Part shown: piece after piece, positions 29,027 through 37,806 of the stretch
How positions within the stretch are numbered: the stretch's first letter is position 1
Layout: each line of letters begins with the position of its first letter
Assembly: GCA_035389045.1 (NCBI GenBank)
Contig: DAOORA010000003.1
Location: forward strand, 62,001-126,000
DNA from: Bacteroidales bacterium
GTDB taxonomy: Bacteria > Bacteroidota > Bacteroidia > Bacteroidales > CAIWKO01
Length of the DNA: 64,000 nt
Direction: 5' to 3'
Made by a program: the position numbers and the translations under genes
The notes under the pieces: model-generated
What the model was told of the DNA's origin: nothing
Seen by the model: only the letters and a program-made list of their open reading frames with translations
Databases searched by the model: none

Positions 29027-29710
29027 TCAGAACGCGGTAATAATTTCAGGTAACTTTTTGTTAAGCAATGCAATAGCAAGGGGAATGTTCCAGTTGTTGA
29101 GGTTCCTCGGCTCGATATAATTGGAAATGGTGCGCAGTTGAAAATATGGCAGACTCTTTTTCTGGCAGCCGTAGAAAAAAGCAGCGCCTTCCATACTTTC
29201 CACGTCGGGAGCAAAAAGAGCTGTTACTTTTTCAATGCGTTTTTGTTCCCCGCTCACCGTATTCACGGTAATTCCTCTGACTTTTTTCAGGATATTAATG
29301 TGTTGGTTATCCGTTTTTGTATGATTTTGTATTTCACCCTTTGTATTGAAGACGGATTCCGGATCATCTTTTGCAAAATCCAGCCGGTTCAGAGGAATGA
29401 AATTATCCTCATAATCAGCGCCTAACTCTGCAAAACAATCGGAGGTCACATTGACCAGTTCGCCGATAGCTAAATCTTTGCCGAAACTACCGGCAATGCC
29501 GGCGTTAAGAGCCATATCAAAATCGTTTTTATTGATCTCTCCGATATGGTAGGCCATAGCCACCATTCCTATGCCCGTGATCAGTATCGTTATTTCATGG
29601 GATGCAATGCGGGCAGGATAGGCGTTTTTTTGTTTCTCAGCCTTGATGCCGAGGCTGTTCATCAATGGCTGGATTTCGGCGAGGGTGGCGGAAACAATCA
29701 GTATTTTCAT
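29027..29710 (-). CDS. mqnB: Futalosine hydrolase
   Basis: PNP/MTAN fold ITGIG, NAGIAGSF, TVNTVSG, ESMEGAAF, RTISNYIEPR...WNIPLA; adjacent to mqnD. Confidence 0.9.
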   Translation of the reverse strand: MKILIVSATLAEIQPLMNSLGIKAEKQKNAYPARIASHEITILITGIGMVAMAYHIGEINKNDFDMALNAGIAGSFGKDLAIGELVNVTSDCFAELGADYEDNFIPLNRLDFAKDDPESVFNTKGEIQNHTKTDNQHINILKKVRGITVNTVSGEQKRIEKVTALFAPDVESMEGAAFFYGCQKKSLPYFQLRTISNYIEPRNLNNWNIPLAIALLNKKLPEIITAF

Positions 29711-29724
29711 AAGATTTGCAAAAA

Positions 29725-29757
29725 AGAAAGTTGCCCTGAAGGTCAGGGCAACTTTCT
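29725..29757 (-). terminator. Intrinsic terminator of the MFS gene
   Basis: agaaagttgccctga-agg-tcagggcaactttct stem with a T-run on the minus strand. Confidence 0.75.
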
Positions 29758-29775
29758 AATAATTATGCTGAAAAA

Positions 29776-31215
29776 TTATTTTTTGATATTGGGTAATTCC
29801 AATCCGTAACCTTGTTTTTTGTCGACGGATTTCAGCCAGAAACCAAGGACAACGGCTGCAAGGCCCAGTGCGGCAAAAACCAGCATAGGAACAGTATAAT
29901 TGTAGACCGCATTCGGGTCTCCGGCGGCTATTTTTTCTGAAACCCCGGGATTTGCCCAATTGAGAACCATGCCAATAAACCACGGGATAAACCAAAGTCC
30001 GATATTTTGTATGAAAAATACCAGAGCGTAAGCCGACCCCAGGTATTTTTCGGGAATGATTTTAGCTAATGAAGGCCACATGGATGATGGGATCAGAGAA
30101 AAAGCAATTCCCAGCAAGAGTATCGAACAAATAGCCAGGACCAGATTTAACGGAACAAGGGCAAAAATTAAATGGGCTAACATTAATATTAAGGATCCTA
30201 ATATCATGATGGAAGCGCCTTTCCCTTTTCTGTCGAGGAAGCTGCCGAAAATAGGGGTAAGTATGATGGTTCCTACAGGTAATAAACCGCTGATCATCCC
30301 GCCCATCTCAGGGGAAACACCCAGCTTGCTCTGCATCATGGGAACAGCATATTTCAGAAAGGGAAATACACCAGAATAAAATAAAACACACATAAATGAT
30401 ATAGCCCAGAACCCGGGGTTGGTGATAATTTTTTTCAGATCGGAAAGGCGAAATGCTTCTGAAGGGTCAGCATCTGAAGTTCTTCCGGTTTGTTTATCCA
30501 GTTTTCTATCCTGAAAAGTATAAATCAAAAAAGTCAGAAAACCAATGGTCATAAGTGCCAGGCCCAGGATTATCGGATTGATAACATGTCCGGAATAGGT
30601 AACTGTGGTTATGCCGTCAACCATATTTACGTTTTCTTTATATCCTGCAATAAGTGCCGAAAAGAAAAAAGCGCAGGAGGCACCAAGACGGGCTGTAGAA
30701 AGCTGCATACCCATGGCTAAAGCAAGTTCTCTGCCTTTGAACCATTTGACCACTGTCCGGGACACAGTAATACCGCACATTTCGACTCCAACACCAAAAA
30801 TAGCATAACCAACGGCAGCTAATTTAGCCGTGGCTGGCAGTGAAGGCCAGAAAGAATTAAAAAAATCAAAGGCAAATCCGCCATTTTTATAATATTCGGA
30901 TAACGCATAAACCTTTATACTTCCCCCCAAAAGCATAATGCAACACGACAAAAGTCCGGTAAAACGTATTCCCATCTTATCAAGGATAATCCCTGATAAA
31001 ATGAGAAAACCGCATATGTTCAGCATATATTCCGAACCCGAGAAAAATCCGTAATTATCAGGTGTCCACTTATACGATTGCTCAAGAAGCAATTCCAGGG
31101 GAGCAATGGCATCCACAAAATAATAAGCGGCAAGCATGGTAAACGACACAAGAAAGAGCACGGTCCAGCGTGTTGCTTTTGAGTCTGATATTAATTTTTC
31201 AAGTTTTTCAGTCAT
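29776..31215 (-). CDS. Major facilitator superfamily transporter
   Basis: About 12 hydrophobic segments; GIILDKMGIR and GSFLDRKGK loop motifs. Confidence 0.9.
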   Translation of the reverse strand: MTEKLEKLISDSKATRWTVLFLVSFTMLAAYYFVDAIAPLELLLEQSYKWTPDNYGFFSGSEYMLNICGFLILSGIILDKMGIRFTGLLSCCIMLLGGSIKVYALSEYYKNGGFAFDFFNSFWPSLPATAKLAAVGYAIFGVGVEMCGITVSRTVVKWFKGRELALAMGMQLSTARLGASCAFFFSALIAGYKENVNMVDGITTVTYSGHVINPIILGLALMTIGFLTFLIYTFQDRKLDKQTGRTSDADPSEAFRLSDLKKIITNPGFWAISFMCVLFYSGVFPFLKYAVPMMQSKLGVSPEMGGMISGLLPVGTIILTPIFGSFLDRKGKGASIMILGSLILMLAHLIFALVPLNLVLAICSILLLGIAFSLIPSSMWPSLAKIIPEKYLGSAYALVFFIQNIGLWFIPWFIGMVLNWANPGVSEKIAAGDPNAVYNYTVPMLVFAALGLAAVVLGFWLKSVDKKQGYGLELPNIKK

Positions 31216-31330
31216 AATTCTTGTTTTTAAGGCTGCAAATATACGTTTTTGTTAATTGTACTTTAATTAAAAAAATAATTACTATGAAAAATTCTGTATT
31301 TTTGGGAAGATTCACTTTTTTCATGTAATT

Positions 31331-32233
31331 ATGATTACGATACTGGGACCGACAGCATGTGGTAAAACCAGATTTGCAGCGGCTTTGGCCTATGAAACCG
31401 GCGGTGAGATCATCAGCGCCGACTCACGCCAGGTTTATCGCGGCATGACTATCGGAACGGGAAAAGATCTTGAAGATTACATTATTCGCGGAGTCGGGAT
31501 CCCATATCATTTGATCGATATTGCTGCCGCGGGAGAGGAGTATAATCTTTTCAGGTTTATATCGGATTTTAAAATCAAATACACAGAAATTGTCCAAAGG
31601 GAAAAAAATCCCATTTTATGCGGAGGTACAGGCCTGTATATTGAGGCCGTGCTGAAAAATTATGCTGTACCCGATGTCCCTGTAAATGAGGAATTTCGCA
31701 AAACACTTGAAAATAAAACAGATGAGGAGTTGACAGAACTGCTGGAGTCGTATAAAAGCCTTCATAATGATACCGATACGGAAAATCGGCACCGTTTGAT
31801 TCGGGCAATTGAAATTGCACATTTTTCGTCCGAAAAGGGGTTTTCGAAGGGAAAGATATTCAAGGGCCAAAGTTTTGTTTTCGGAGTTCTGATGCCCAGG
31901 GATATTGTGAGAAAAAGAATTACCGAGCGTCTTCATAAAAGGCTGAATGAAGGCATGATAGAAGAAGTTCAGGTCTTGCTTGATTCGGGCGTCACCGCCA
32001 GTCGGCTGATTCGGTATGGCCTCGAATATAAATATATTACACAATATCTGCTGAATGAATATTCATATGATGAAATGGTGCGCCTGCTGAATATCGCTAT
32101 CCATCAGTTTTCGAAACGCCAGATGACGTGGTTCAGAGGCATGGAACGGCGTGGAATAAAAATTAACTGGATTGACGGGATGTTGCCAATGGAAGAAAAG
32201 CTTAAAAAAATCGAAAGTAAATTAAAGGAATAA
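31331..32233 (+). CDS. miaA: tRNA dimethylallyltransferase
   Basis: GPTACGKT, SADSRQVYRGMTIGTGK, GGTGLY, SKRQMTWF. Confidence 0.93.
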   Translation: MITILGPTACGKTRFAAALAYETGGEIISADSRQVYRGMTIGTGKDLEDYIIRGVGIPYHLIDIAAAGEEYNLFRFISDFKIKYTEIVQREKNPILCGGTGLYIEAVLKNYAVPDVPVNEEFRKTLENKTDEELTELLESYKSLHNDTDTENRHRLIRAIEIAHFSSEKGFSKGKIFKGQSFVFGVLMPRDIVRKRITERLHKRLNEGMIEEVQVLLDSGVTASRLIRYGLEYKYITQYLLNEYSYDEMVRLLNIAIHQFSKRQMTWFRGMERRGIKINWIDGMLPMEEKLKKIESKLKE

Positions 32234-32237
32234 AAGC

Positions 32238-32912
32238 CTACCAGCCGCCAAACCCTGCATGGTATCTGTTTTGACTGAACGGGCTATAAGGATTAATGAC
32301 TTGTTGCAATCCTCCGGAATAATTATCATGCGGATACAAAGGGTTATAATTTGTATTTCGGTCAGAAAAATTAAGCTGGGCGCCAATGGTAAGATTCTCG
32401 GTGATTTTATATTCTGCGCCGACCATTATGCCATAATTATTCAATGATCTTTTCTGGCTGTTCAGATCGGAAGTCTGGGGCTGGTTCAGGTCAAAAGTTT
32501 TATAAACCGCCCCGGAGACCAATAATTTATCGCTGACCAAATAATTGCCGCGGGCAAACACCGAAAGACAGGAAGGATTTTTTCCGAAGTAAAACTCGTT
32601 TTTTCCGGAGTTGTTAAAACCCTGGATATAGCTTGCGCCCACATCAAGCCGGAATTTCGGCGATACACTATAGCTCAGAAACGGCGACATATAGGTGTAA
32701 GCCCCCGCTCCGTATTTTGAACCATTAACACCCACGCCCATTTCCATCGAGACACCCAGACGCTTGTATTTCAATAATGATGAACTGTTTCCGAAGTTAT
32801 CAATATTGGATTTGGAAGTAGAATCCGGATGAAAACCTATTTGAGCAAAGCTGCCCACTGATGCAAAAAGCAAAACAAAAGATAAAATTAAAACGGATTT
32901 AATAAATTTCAT
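32238..32912 (-). CDS. Hypothetical exported beta-barrel-like protein
   Basis: Signal peptide; alternating beta-strand pattern (GVSMEMGVG, RLDVGASY, GAEYKITENLTIGAQLNF). Confidence 0.7.
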   Translation of the reverse strand: MKFIKSVLILSFVLLFASVGSFAQIGFHPDSTSKSNIDNFGNSSSLLKYKRLGVSMEMGVGVNGSKYGAGAYTYMSPFLSYSVSPKFRLDVGASYIQGFNNSGKNEFYFGKNPSCLSVFARGNYLVSDKLLVSGAVYKTFDLNQPQTSDLNSQKRSLNNYGIMVGAEYKITENLTIGAQLNFSDRNTNYNPLYPHDNYSGGLQQVINPYSPFSQNRYHAGFGGW

Positions 32913-32991
32913 TTCCGGGCCTTTTGTTTATTGGATAATAACAGTTTTAACGTAACATTATTGCAGCAAAGGTAATAAAAAAACAAAGGAA

Positions 32992-33055
32992 AATGCAAGT
33001 ATCGGGGTGACTGCGCGCTGGCATACGCTTCAGGCAGTCACCCCGATACTGCATT
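32992..33055. repeat. Long GC-rich hairpin
   Basis: agtatcggggtgactgc ... gcagtcaccccgatact (17-bp stem), extended by aatgc/gcatt. Confidence 0.7.
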
Positions 33056-33125
33056 GGTGGCGGTGGTTTCGGCTTCGCTCAACCACCGCTGTTTTTTGCA
33101 GGATAAATTCACGAATTTATCCTGC
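33056..33125. repeat. 70-bp direct repeat, copy 1 (two hairpins)
   Basis: ggtggcggtggtttcggcttcgctcaaccaccgctgttttttgcaggataaattcacgaatttatcctgc, identical to 34500-34569. Confidence 0.95.
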
Positions 33126-33168
33126 TGGAAAAATTGAAAACACAGACCCGAGCCTGATTACATATTTT

Positions 33169-34362
33169 TTAATACAAAAATCCAAACAGCCACAACGGAA
33201 TTTTATTATAGGCACCTATTTCAATGTTGTCAGCCACAACATACGAATCGGGGACGTCCTGAATCTGTTTTTTTGTTTTGTTTTTACCGCCTATTTCAAA
33301 AACATAGGTGTTATCAACAAAGAAATCGCCCTCTTTCGATGATTCAACCAAATGATTGTACCGTAGTTGATTCAGAAAAAAAGTTTCTCTCAGGGTACCT
33401 TTATCAGGCGTATCGCTGGCAAGTAAAAAAGACAGGTTGGTATTGTTGAGGTAAATTTTTTCGGGTTTTTGAAGAATACTTGTACTGGCACCTGATTGAT
33501 ATACTGATTGAATTGTCTGGGCTTTTTCAAGGTAATGCAGATAGGAAAGCAGGGTGTTGCGCGAAATTTTTGTTTTCTCACTTAATTTTAAAATATTGGG
33601 CTTAAAAGGCACATTGACAGATAGAATATAAAGAAGCTGTTTAATTTTTTGAATATTATTGTAATCAAATCCTTGAATAAAATTAAGATCATTTTCTAGA
33701 ATCAACATCAATGTCTGTTCGAGCCGGCGATAAAACAAGGGGGGATTTTCATAAAAGTACGGATAATAGCCGTATTTCAGGTAGTTTTCAAAATGTTGAA
33801 GCGGCTTAATCTTTTTTATTATTTCAGCCGACAGTTCCACATGATTATGAATTAAATTATCAAGCGTAATGGGTTCGGACTTGTATATATCCGCCAATGA
33901 AAGATATTCCCTGAAAGAAAGCCCTGTCAGATAATAAAATATTGCTCTGCGGCTCAGGTCGGAATCCTGCTTGCGAATATCAATTATCGAAGAACCTGTA
34001 AAAACAATATTTAATCCGGGAAGTGTGTCGTAAATATTTTTTATTTCCTGCGACCAGTTTTTGTATTTGTGTACTTCATCGGCAAAAATGTACTTACCAC
34101 CTTTTAGATGAAAATCCTCAGCAAAGTCGTAAAACCTGTTATTGCTGAAATAAAAATCATCCAAACTCACATAAACGGAATCATCATTCAGTCCGTGCTC
34201 ATTTTTCAGCCGTTGCAACAAGAGGGTTGTTTTTCCAGTACCGCGCGCCCCAATTATGCTGTTAAGCCGCCACGACCAGTCAATTTTACCATACAGGTAG
34301 CGGCTAAAATTTGTTATGAGCTGCAAAACCAATTGATTTGATTTGTATTTTAACTGTTCCAT
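33169..34362 (-). CDS. AAA_14-type ATPase with DUF4143-like C-terminus
   Basis: Walker A GARGTGKTT, Walker B YIFADEVH, FTGSS, LSFREY, KIYLNNTNL, C-terminal GDFFVD...FEIGG; AT-rich. Confidence 0.88.
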   Translation of the reverse strand: MEQLKYKSNQLVLQLITNFSRYLYGKIDWSWRLNSIIGARGTGKTTLLLQRLKNEHGLNDDSVYVSLDDFYFSNNRFYDFAEDFHLKGGKYIFADEVHKYKNWSQEIKNIYDTLPGLNIVFTGSSIIDIRKQDSDLSRRAIFYYLTGLSFREYLSLADIYKSEPITLDNLIHNHVELSAEIIKKIKPLQHFENYLKYGYYPYFYENPPLFYRRLEQTLMLILENDLNFIQGFDYNNIQKIKQLLYILSVNVPFKPNILKLSEKTKISRNTLLSYLHYLEKAQTIQSVYQSGASTSILQKPEKIYLNNTNLSFLLASDTPDKGTLRETFFLNQLRYNHLVESSKEGDFFVDNTYVFEIGGKNKTKKQIQDVPDSYVVADNIEIGAYNKIPLWLFGFLY

Positions 34363-34499
34363 GGCGAAAAACTATAAAATGATTAATATAAACAGCAAAA
34401 ATAATAAAAAATGTTCAATTAAAAAAGCAAAAAATTAAAATATTGCTCATTTGAAGAATCAAATTTCAAAACATATGGTCAAATAGAAAATATATCTGC

Positions 34500-34569
34500 G
34501 GTGGCGGTGGTTTCGGCTTCGCTCAACCACCGCTGTTTTTTGCAGGATAAATTCACGAATTTATCCTGC
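34500..34569. repeat. 70-bp direct repeat, copy 2
   Basis: Identical to 33056-33125; here the second hairpin has T6 and A6 flanks, like a bidirectional terminator. Confidence 0.95.
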
Positions 34570-34575
34570 AAAAAA

Positions 34576-35388
34576 TCATGCAAACCCACGCTGCCTCTTT
34601 GCCTCGTAGACCATGATCGCTACCGAATTGGAAACATTCAACGAGTCAATTTGTCCCAGCATCGGGATTTTGATGATTTTATCTGCAGTGGCAATCCATT
34701 TTTCGGTCAGCCCGGTGGCTTCTGTTCCAAAAACCAATGCCGAGGCTCTGGTGAAATCCGATTGATGATAAAATTGTTCGGTTTGCAATGCAGCGGCAAA
34801 AATCGAAATGTTATTTTTTTTGAGCCAGGCTATGGCTTCGTCGGAGTTGCAGGCAATTACTTTTTGAGTAAACACACAGCCGATGCCCGAACGTATGACA
34901 TTGGGATTGTAAATATCCGTTTCGGGGTCGCAAATGATGAGCAGGTCAACGCCGGCAGCATCACAGGTGCGGAGCACAGCCCCCAGGTTGCCGGGCTTTT
35001 CAACATTTTCAAGAATAACAATCAGGGGGTTGGGAGGAATCGCAATGTCATTTAGCTGCAAAAAACTGGTTTTTCCAAGCAGGATAATACCTCCGCTATC
35101 GTCGCGGTAGGCCACCCTGGCAAAAACATCTTTGGTGATAAAAAACAAACTTTCCACAGGACACGCGACCATACATTGTTCAACAAGAGCTTTGTCTGTG
35201 GCGATTTCGTGACAAATATAAACTGAATCCGGGACGACACCCGCGTTTAGGGCCTGGCGAATCTCTTTTTCGCCTTCCACCACCATCAACCCCTGGGCTT
35301 TGCGCTCGGATTGTTTGCGCATCAGCAACGCAATATTTTTGATTCGTTTGTTGCTGAGGCTGGTAATGGTTTCGGGCTCAAGTTTCAT
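34576..35388 (-). CDS. TrmH/SpoU-family RNA 2'-O-methyltransferase
   Basis: EKPGNLGAVLRTCDAAG, VFGTEATGL, IPMLGQIDSLNVS. Confidence 0.93.
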   Translation of the reverse strand: MKLEPETITSLSNKRIKNIALLMRKQSERKAQGLMVVEGEKEIRQALNAGVVPDSVYICHEIATDKALVEQCMVACPVESLFFITKDVFARVAYRDDSGGIILLGKTSFLQLNDIAIPPNPLIVILENVEKPGNLGAVLRTCDAAGVDLLIICDPETDIYNPNVIRSGIGCVFTQKVIACNSDEAIAWLKKNNISIFAAALQTEQFYHQSDFTRASALVFGTEATGLTEKWIATADKIIKIPMLGQIDSLNVSNSVAIMVYEAKRQRGFA

Positions 35389-35450
35389 GGTAGAATATTC
35401 CGGGAAACAAAAATATTTAAAAAATGAATCAGAGAAAATTATTTTTTATA

Positions 35451-35515
35451 AGGGCTGAAGCCCTATTGGGTTTGGTTGTGATTATAATTGCCCCGCCGTT
35501 AACGGCGGGGCAATT
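35451..35515. repeat. REP-like palindrome pair
   Basis: agggctgaagccct (35451-35464) and the perfect 30-bp palindrome aattgccccgccgttaacggcggggcaatt (35486-35515). Confidence 0.7.
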
Positions 35516-35596
35516 TGGGGATTAACCATTTCTGATTTTCGCAGCCGTCTTTCCCCTTCATGTATCGTCCTAAAATAAGTTGACAGGTTGGAGGTC

Positions 35597-35643
35597 GCTG
35601 AAAATCATCCCCCTTTGGGGATGGAGCCATGATGATTTTCAGC
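35597..35643. repeat. Hairpin downstream of the DUF4349 gene
   Basis: gctgaaaatcatc ... gatgattttcagc, 13-bp stem with internal atcccc/ggggat. Confidence 0.6.
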
Positions 35644-35653
35644 CCCTTCCGCT

Positions 35654-36574
35654 TTACTGTTTTTGTTGTTTTGCAGCCCTCTTTTTGCGGGCTTTTCTAA
35701 TAAAATACCTTATCACAAAAAATGTAATCAGACCAACTATCCACAGGGGCCACAGATAAATTATTGCAAGAAAAAAGGTAACCAATCCCTGCCAACCCCA
35801 TGATAAGGCTTTTTTCAACTTATAGCCAAACCCCTCGCTTTGTCCGGGCAGGATGTTTCCCTGTTCATAAAAGGTAAGGTTGATGGTGCTCAATGCTACT
35901 TTGTTGCTGAGGTACTTTAACCGGCCTTCCAGGGATTCTATCTCTTCCTGCAGGGTGCGGATGTATTGCTGTACTTCGAGAATATCGTTTATGGAATAGG
36001 CTTTTTTCAGTATGGTCTCGTACTGAAGCATGGCGTCTTTTTTGGATTTCAGCCGGGCGTTGATGTCCACAAATTCTTCGGTAACATCTTCAGAGTTAAC
36101 TTTTTTATAATCCACAAAAACAGCTTCTTTGAGAAGGTTGTCAACCAGCGCATCAAAATTTTCAGCATCCACCCTGATGATCATCACATTGGTGGTACGG
36201 TAGTCGTTGCCGTTTTGATTTTCGGAGGCAACATAGCCATTATATTTCTTGATAATTGCAAGGATTTCGGTGCGGGCCTTGTCGTATTTATCAACTTTAA
36301 AACTGATGTCGGCGGTTTTGATGATTTTCTGCGGGATTTTCTCCGTAACAGATTGCGGACTGCTTTGTTCCATCCCCGGCATATCGTCTTTTTTGTCGCC
36401 GGCATATGCGCTGGTGGCCTTTTGTCCCGATTCTTCCATGACAAATTCGTCAGTCAGGGATTCCTTGTCCGGTTCGCCAAGAAAGTTCCCGGTAATTTGC
36501 CTTTTTTTTTCGCTGCAACTGCCCAACAGCAGGAGCAAAAAAAACATTGATAAAAAAATGATTTTGGTTTTCAT
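35654..36574 (-). CDS. DUF4349-like lipoprotein with C-terminal membrane anchor
   Basis: Lipobox LGS-C, KIIKTADI, SEDVTEEFVDINARL, IESLEGRLKYL...STINL, C-terminal TM segment. Confidence 0.85.
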   Translation of the reverse strand: MKTKIIFLSMFFLLLLLGSCSEKKRQITGNFLGEPDKESLTDEFVMEESGQKATSAYAGDKKDDMPGMEQSSPQSVTEKIPQKIIKTADISFKVDKYDKARTEILAIIKKYNGYVASENQNGNDYRTTNVMIIRVDAENFDALVDNLLKEAVFVDYKKVNSEDVTEEFVDINARLKSKKDAMLQYETILKKAYSINDILEVQQYIRTLQEEIESLEGRLKYLSNKVALSTINLTFYEQGNILPGQSEGFGYKLKKALSWGWQGLVTFFLAIIYLWPLWIVGLITFFVIRYFIRKARKKRAAKQQKQ

Positions 36575-36690
36575 GATAGTAGTTTTTTGGTTATTGTTTT
36601 CTGAAAAACGACGATTAGATGTTTTTTCTGAAAAATTCCATAATAAAAATAAATAAAAATTTTAGAACGTCATCATCCTCGGACAGTTTC

Positions 36691-36736
36691 TTGTTTTCTG
36701 TCGGATAAATTCATGAATTTATCCGACAGAAAACAA
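36691..36736. repeat. Perfect 46-bp palindrome sharing its core with the 70-bp repeat
   Basis: ttgttttctgtcggataaattca|tgaatttatccgacagaaaacaa; core ggataaattca-Y-gaatttatcc also at ~33101 and ~34545. Confidence 0.85.
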
Positions 36737-36797
36737 CACGACATTAAATTTATATATCTGTATATCAATAGTATAGAACAACAACCAAAAATTTTTC

Positions 36798-36844
36798 TTG
36801 ACTTTTCTTTTTTGCCATATTAACTTTGTGGCGCAAAGTACTTT
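36798..36844 (+). promoter_or_regulatory. Promoter with overlapping inverted-repeat operator
   Basis: TTGA (36798) and TAACTTTG (36821-36828), overlapped by ACTTTG-N5-CAAAGT (36823-36839) and aaagtacttt. Confidence 0.6.
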
Positions 36845-36857
36845 TAAAAACAAAAAT

Positions 36858-37493
36858 ATGGACCAGCAAAAAGAACATCTAAAAAACCTGTCGGAGATAC
36901 GCTCCCTGATGGAATCATCTACAAAATTCCTTTCACTGAGCGGGCTGACAGGGGTTTTTATTGGGGTAATTGCTTTGTGCGGAGCCGTGGTTGCCTATGC
37001 CTATCTGAGCCTGGATGTATTCAGCGACACATATTATTTGCACCTTTCGCGGGGTAAAGTTTTCAATTTTGGAAATGTTGCCTTTTTTATGACGGATGCC
37101 GTCCTTGTTTTGATACTGGCGCTGGCGGCGGGAATAATTTTTACTATCCGCAAGGCGCGGAAGACCGGCCGTGCGATATGGAATGCGGCGGTTAAAAAAT
37201 TTCTTATCAATCTTTTTGTGCCGCTGGTTTCCGGTGGCCTTTTTTGTCTTGTACTTTTATATTACCATCATATAGCTCTTATTGCACCGGCCATGCTGGT
37301 GTTTTATGGCATAGCGCTGGTCAGTGCTTCGGTTTTTACCTTTTCTTTGATAAGATATCTTGGCTACAGTGAAATCATTCTGGGACTAATTTCCTGTCTT
37401 TTTGTCGGTTACGGCTTGATTTTCTGGGCAGTAGGCTTCGGTCTGCTGCATATTATTTATGGAATAGTCATGCGTGTTAAATATGAGCGATGA
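36858..37493 (+). CDS. Multi-pass membrane protein (first gene of the wHTH operon)
   Basis: LSEIRSLMESSTKFLSLSGL...GFGLLHIIYG; about 6 TM segments; start MDQQ at 36858. Confidence 0.85.
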   Translation: MDQQKEHLKNLSEIRSLMESSTKFLSLSGLTGVFIGVIALCGAVVAYAYLSLDVFSDTYYLHLSRGKVFNFGNVAFFMTDAVLVLILALAAGIIFTIRKARKTGRAIWNAAVKKFLINLFVPLVSGGLFCLVLLYYHHIALIAPAMLVFYGIALVSASVFTFSLIRYLGYSEIILGLISCLFVGYGLIFWAVGFGLLHIIYGIVMRVKYER

Positions 37494-37795
37494 GCGAAGA
37501 ATTCGACATAAATAATCTTGATAAGATATTCGAGAGCAGGATACGGCTGGGCGTGATGTCGGTGCTGAGCGTCAACGACGGGGTTGATTTCAATACGCTT
37601 AAAACGCTGCTGAAAGTTACCGACGGCAATCTTGCAAGTCACATCAGCGCATTGGAAAAATGCAATTTTATTTCGGTAAGCAAGACGTTTGTTGGGAAAA
37701 AGCCGCGCACTACCTACAAAATTACCGAAGAGGGCAAGTCTGCGTTTGACAGGCATTTGTCGTTTCTTGAAAAACTAATACACTTAAACAAATAA
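37490..37795 (+). CDS. Winged-helix transcriptional regulator (ArsR/MarR-like)
   Basis: FESRIRLGVMSVL...DFNTLK...TDGNLASHISALE...KPRTTYKITEEG. Confidence 0.9.
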   Translation: MSEEFDINNLDKIFESRIRLGVMSVLSVNDGVDFNTLKTLLKVTDGNLASHISALEKCNFISVSKTFVGKKPRTTYKITEEGKSAFDRHLSFLEKLIHLNK

Positions 37796-37806
37796 AAAAC
37801 AAAACC

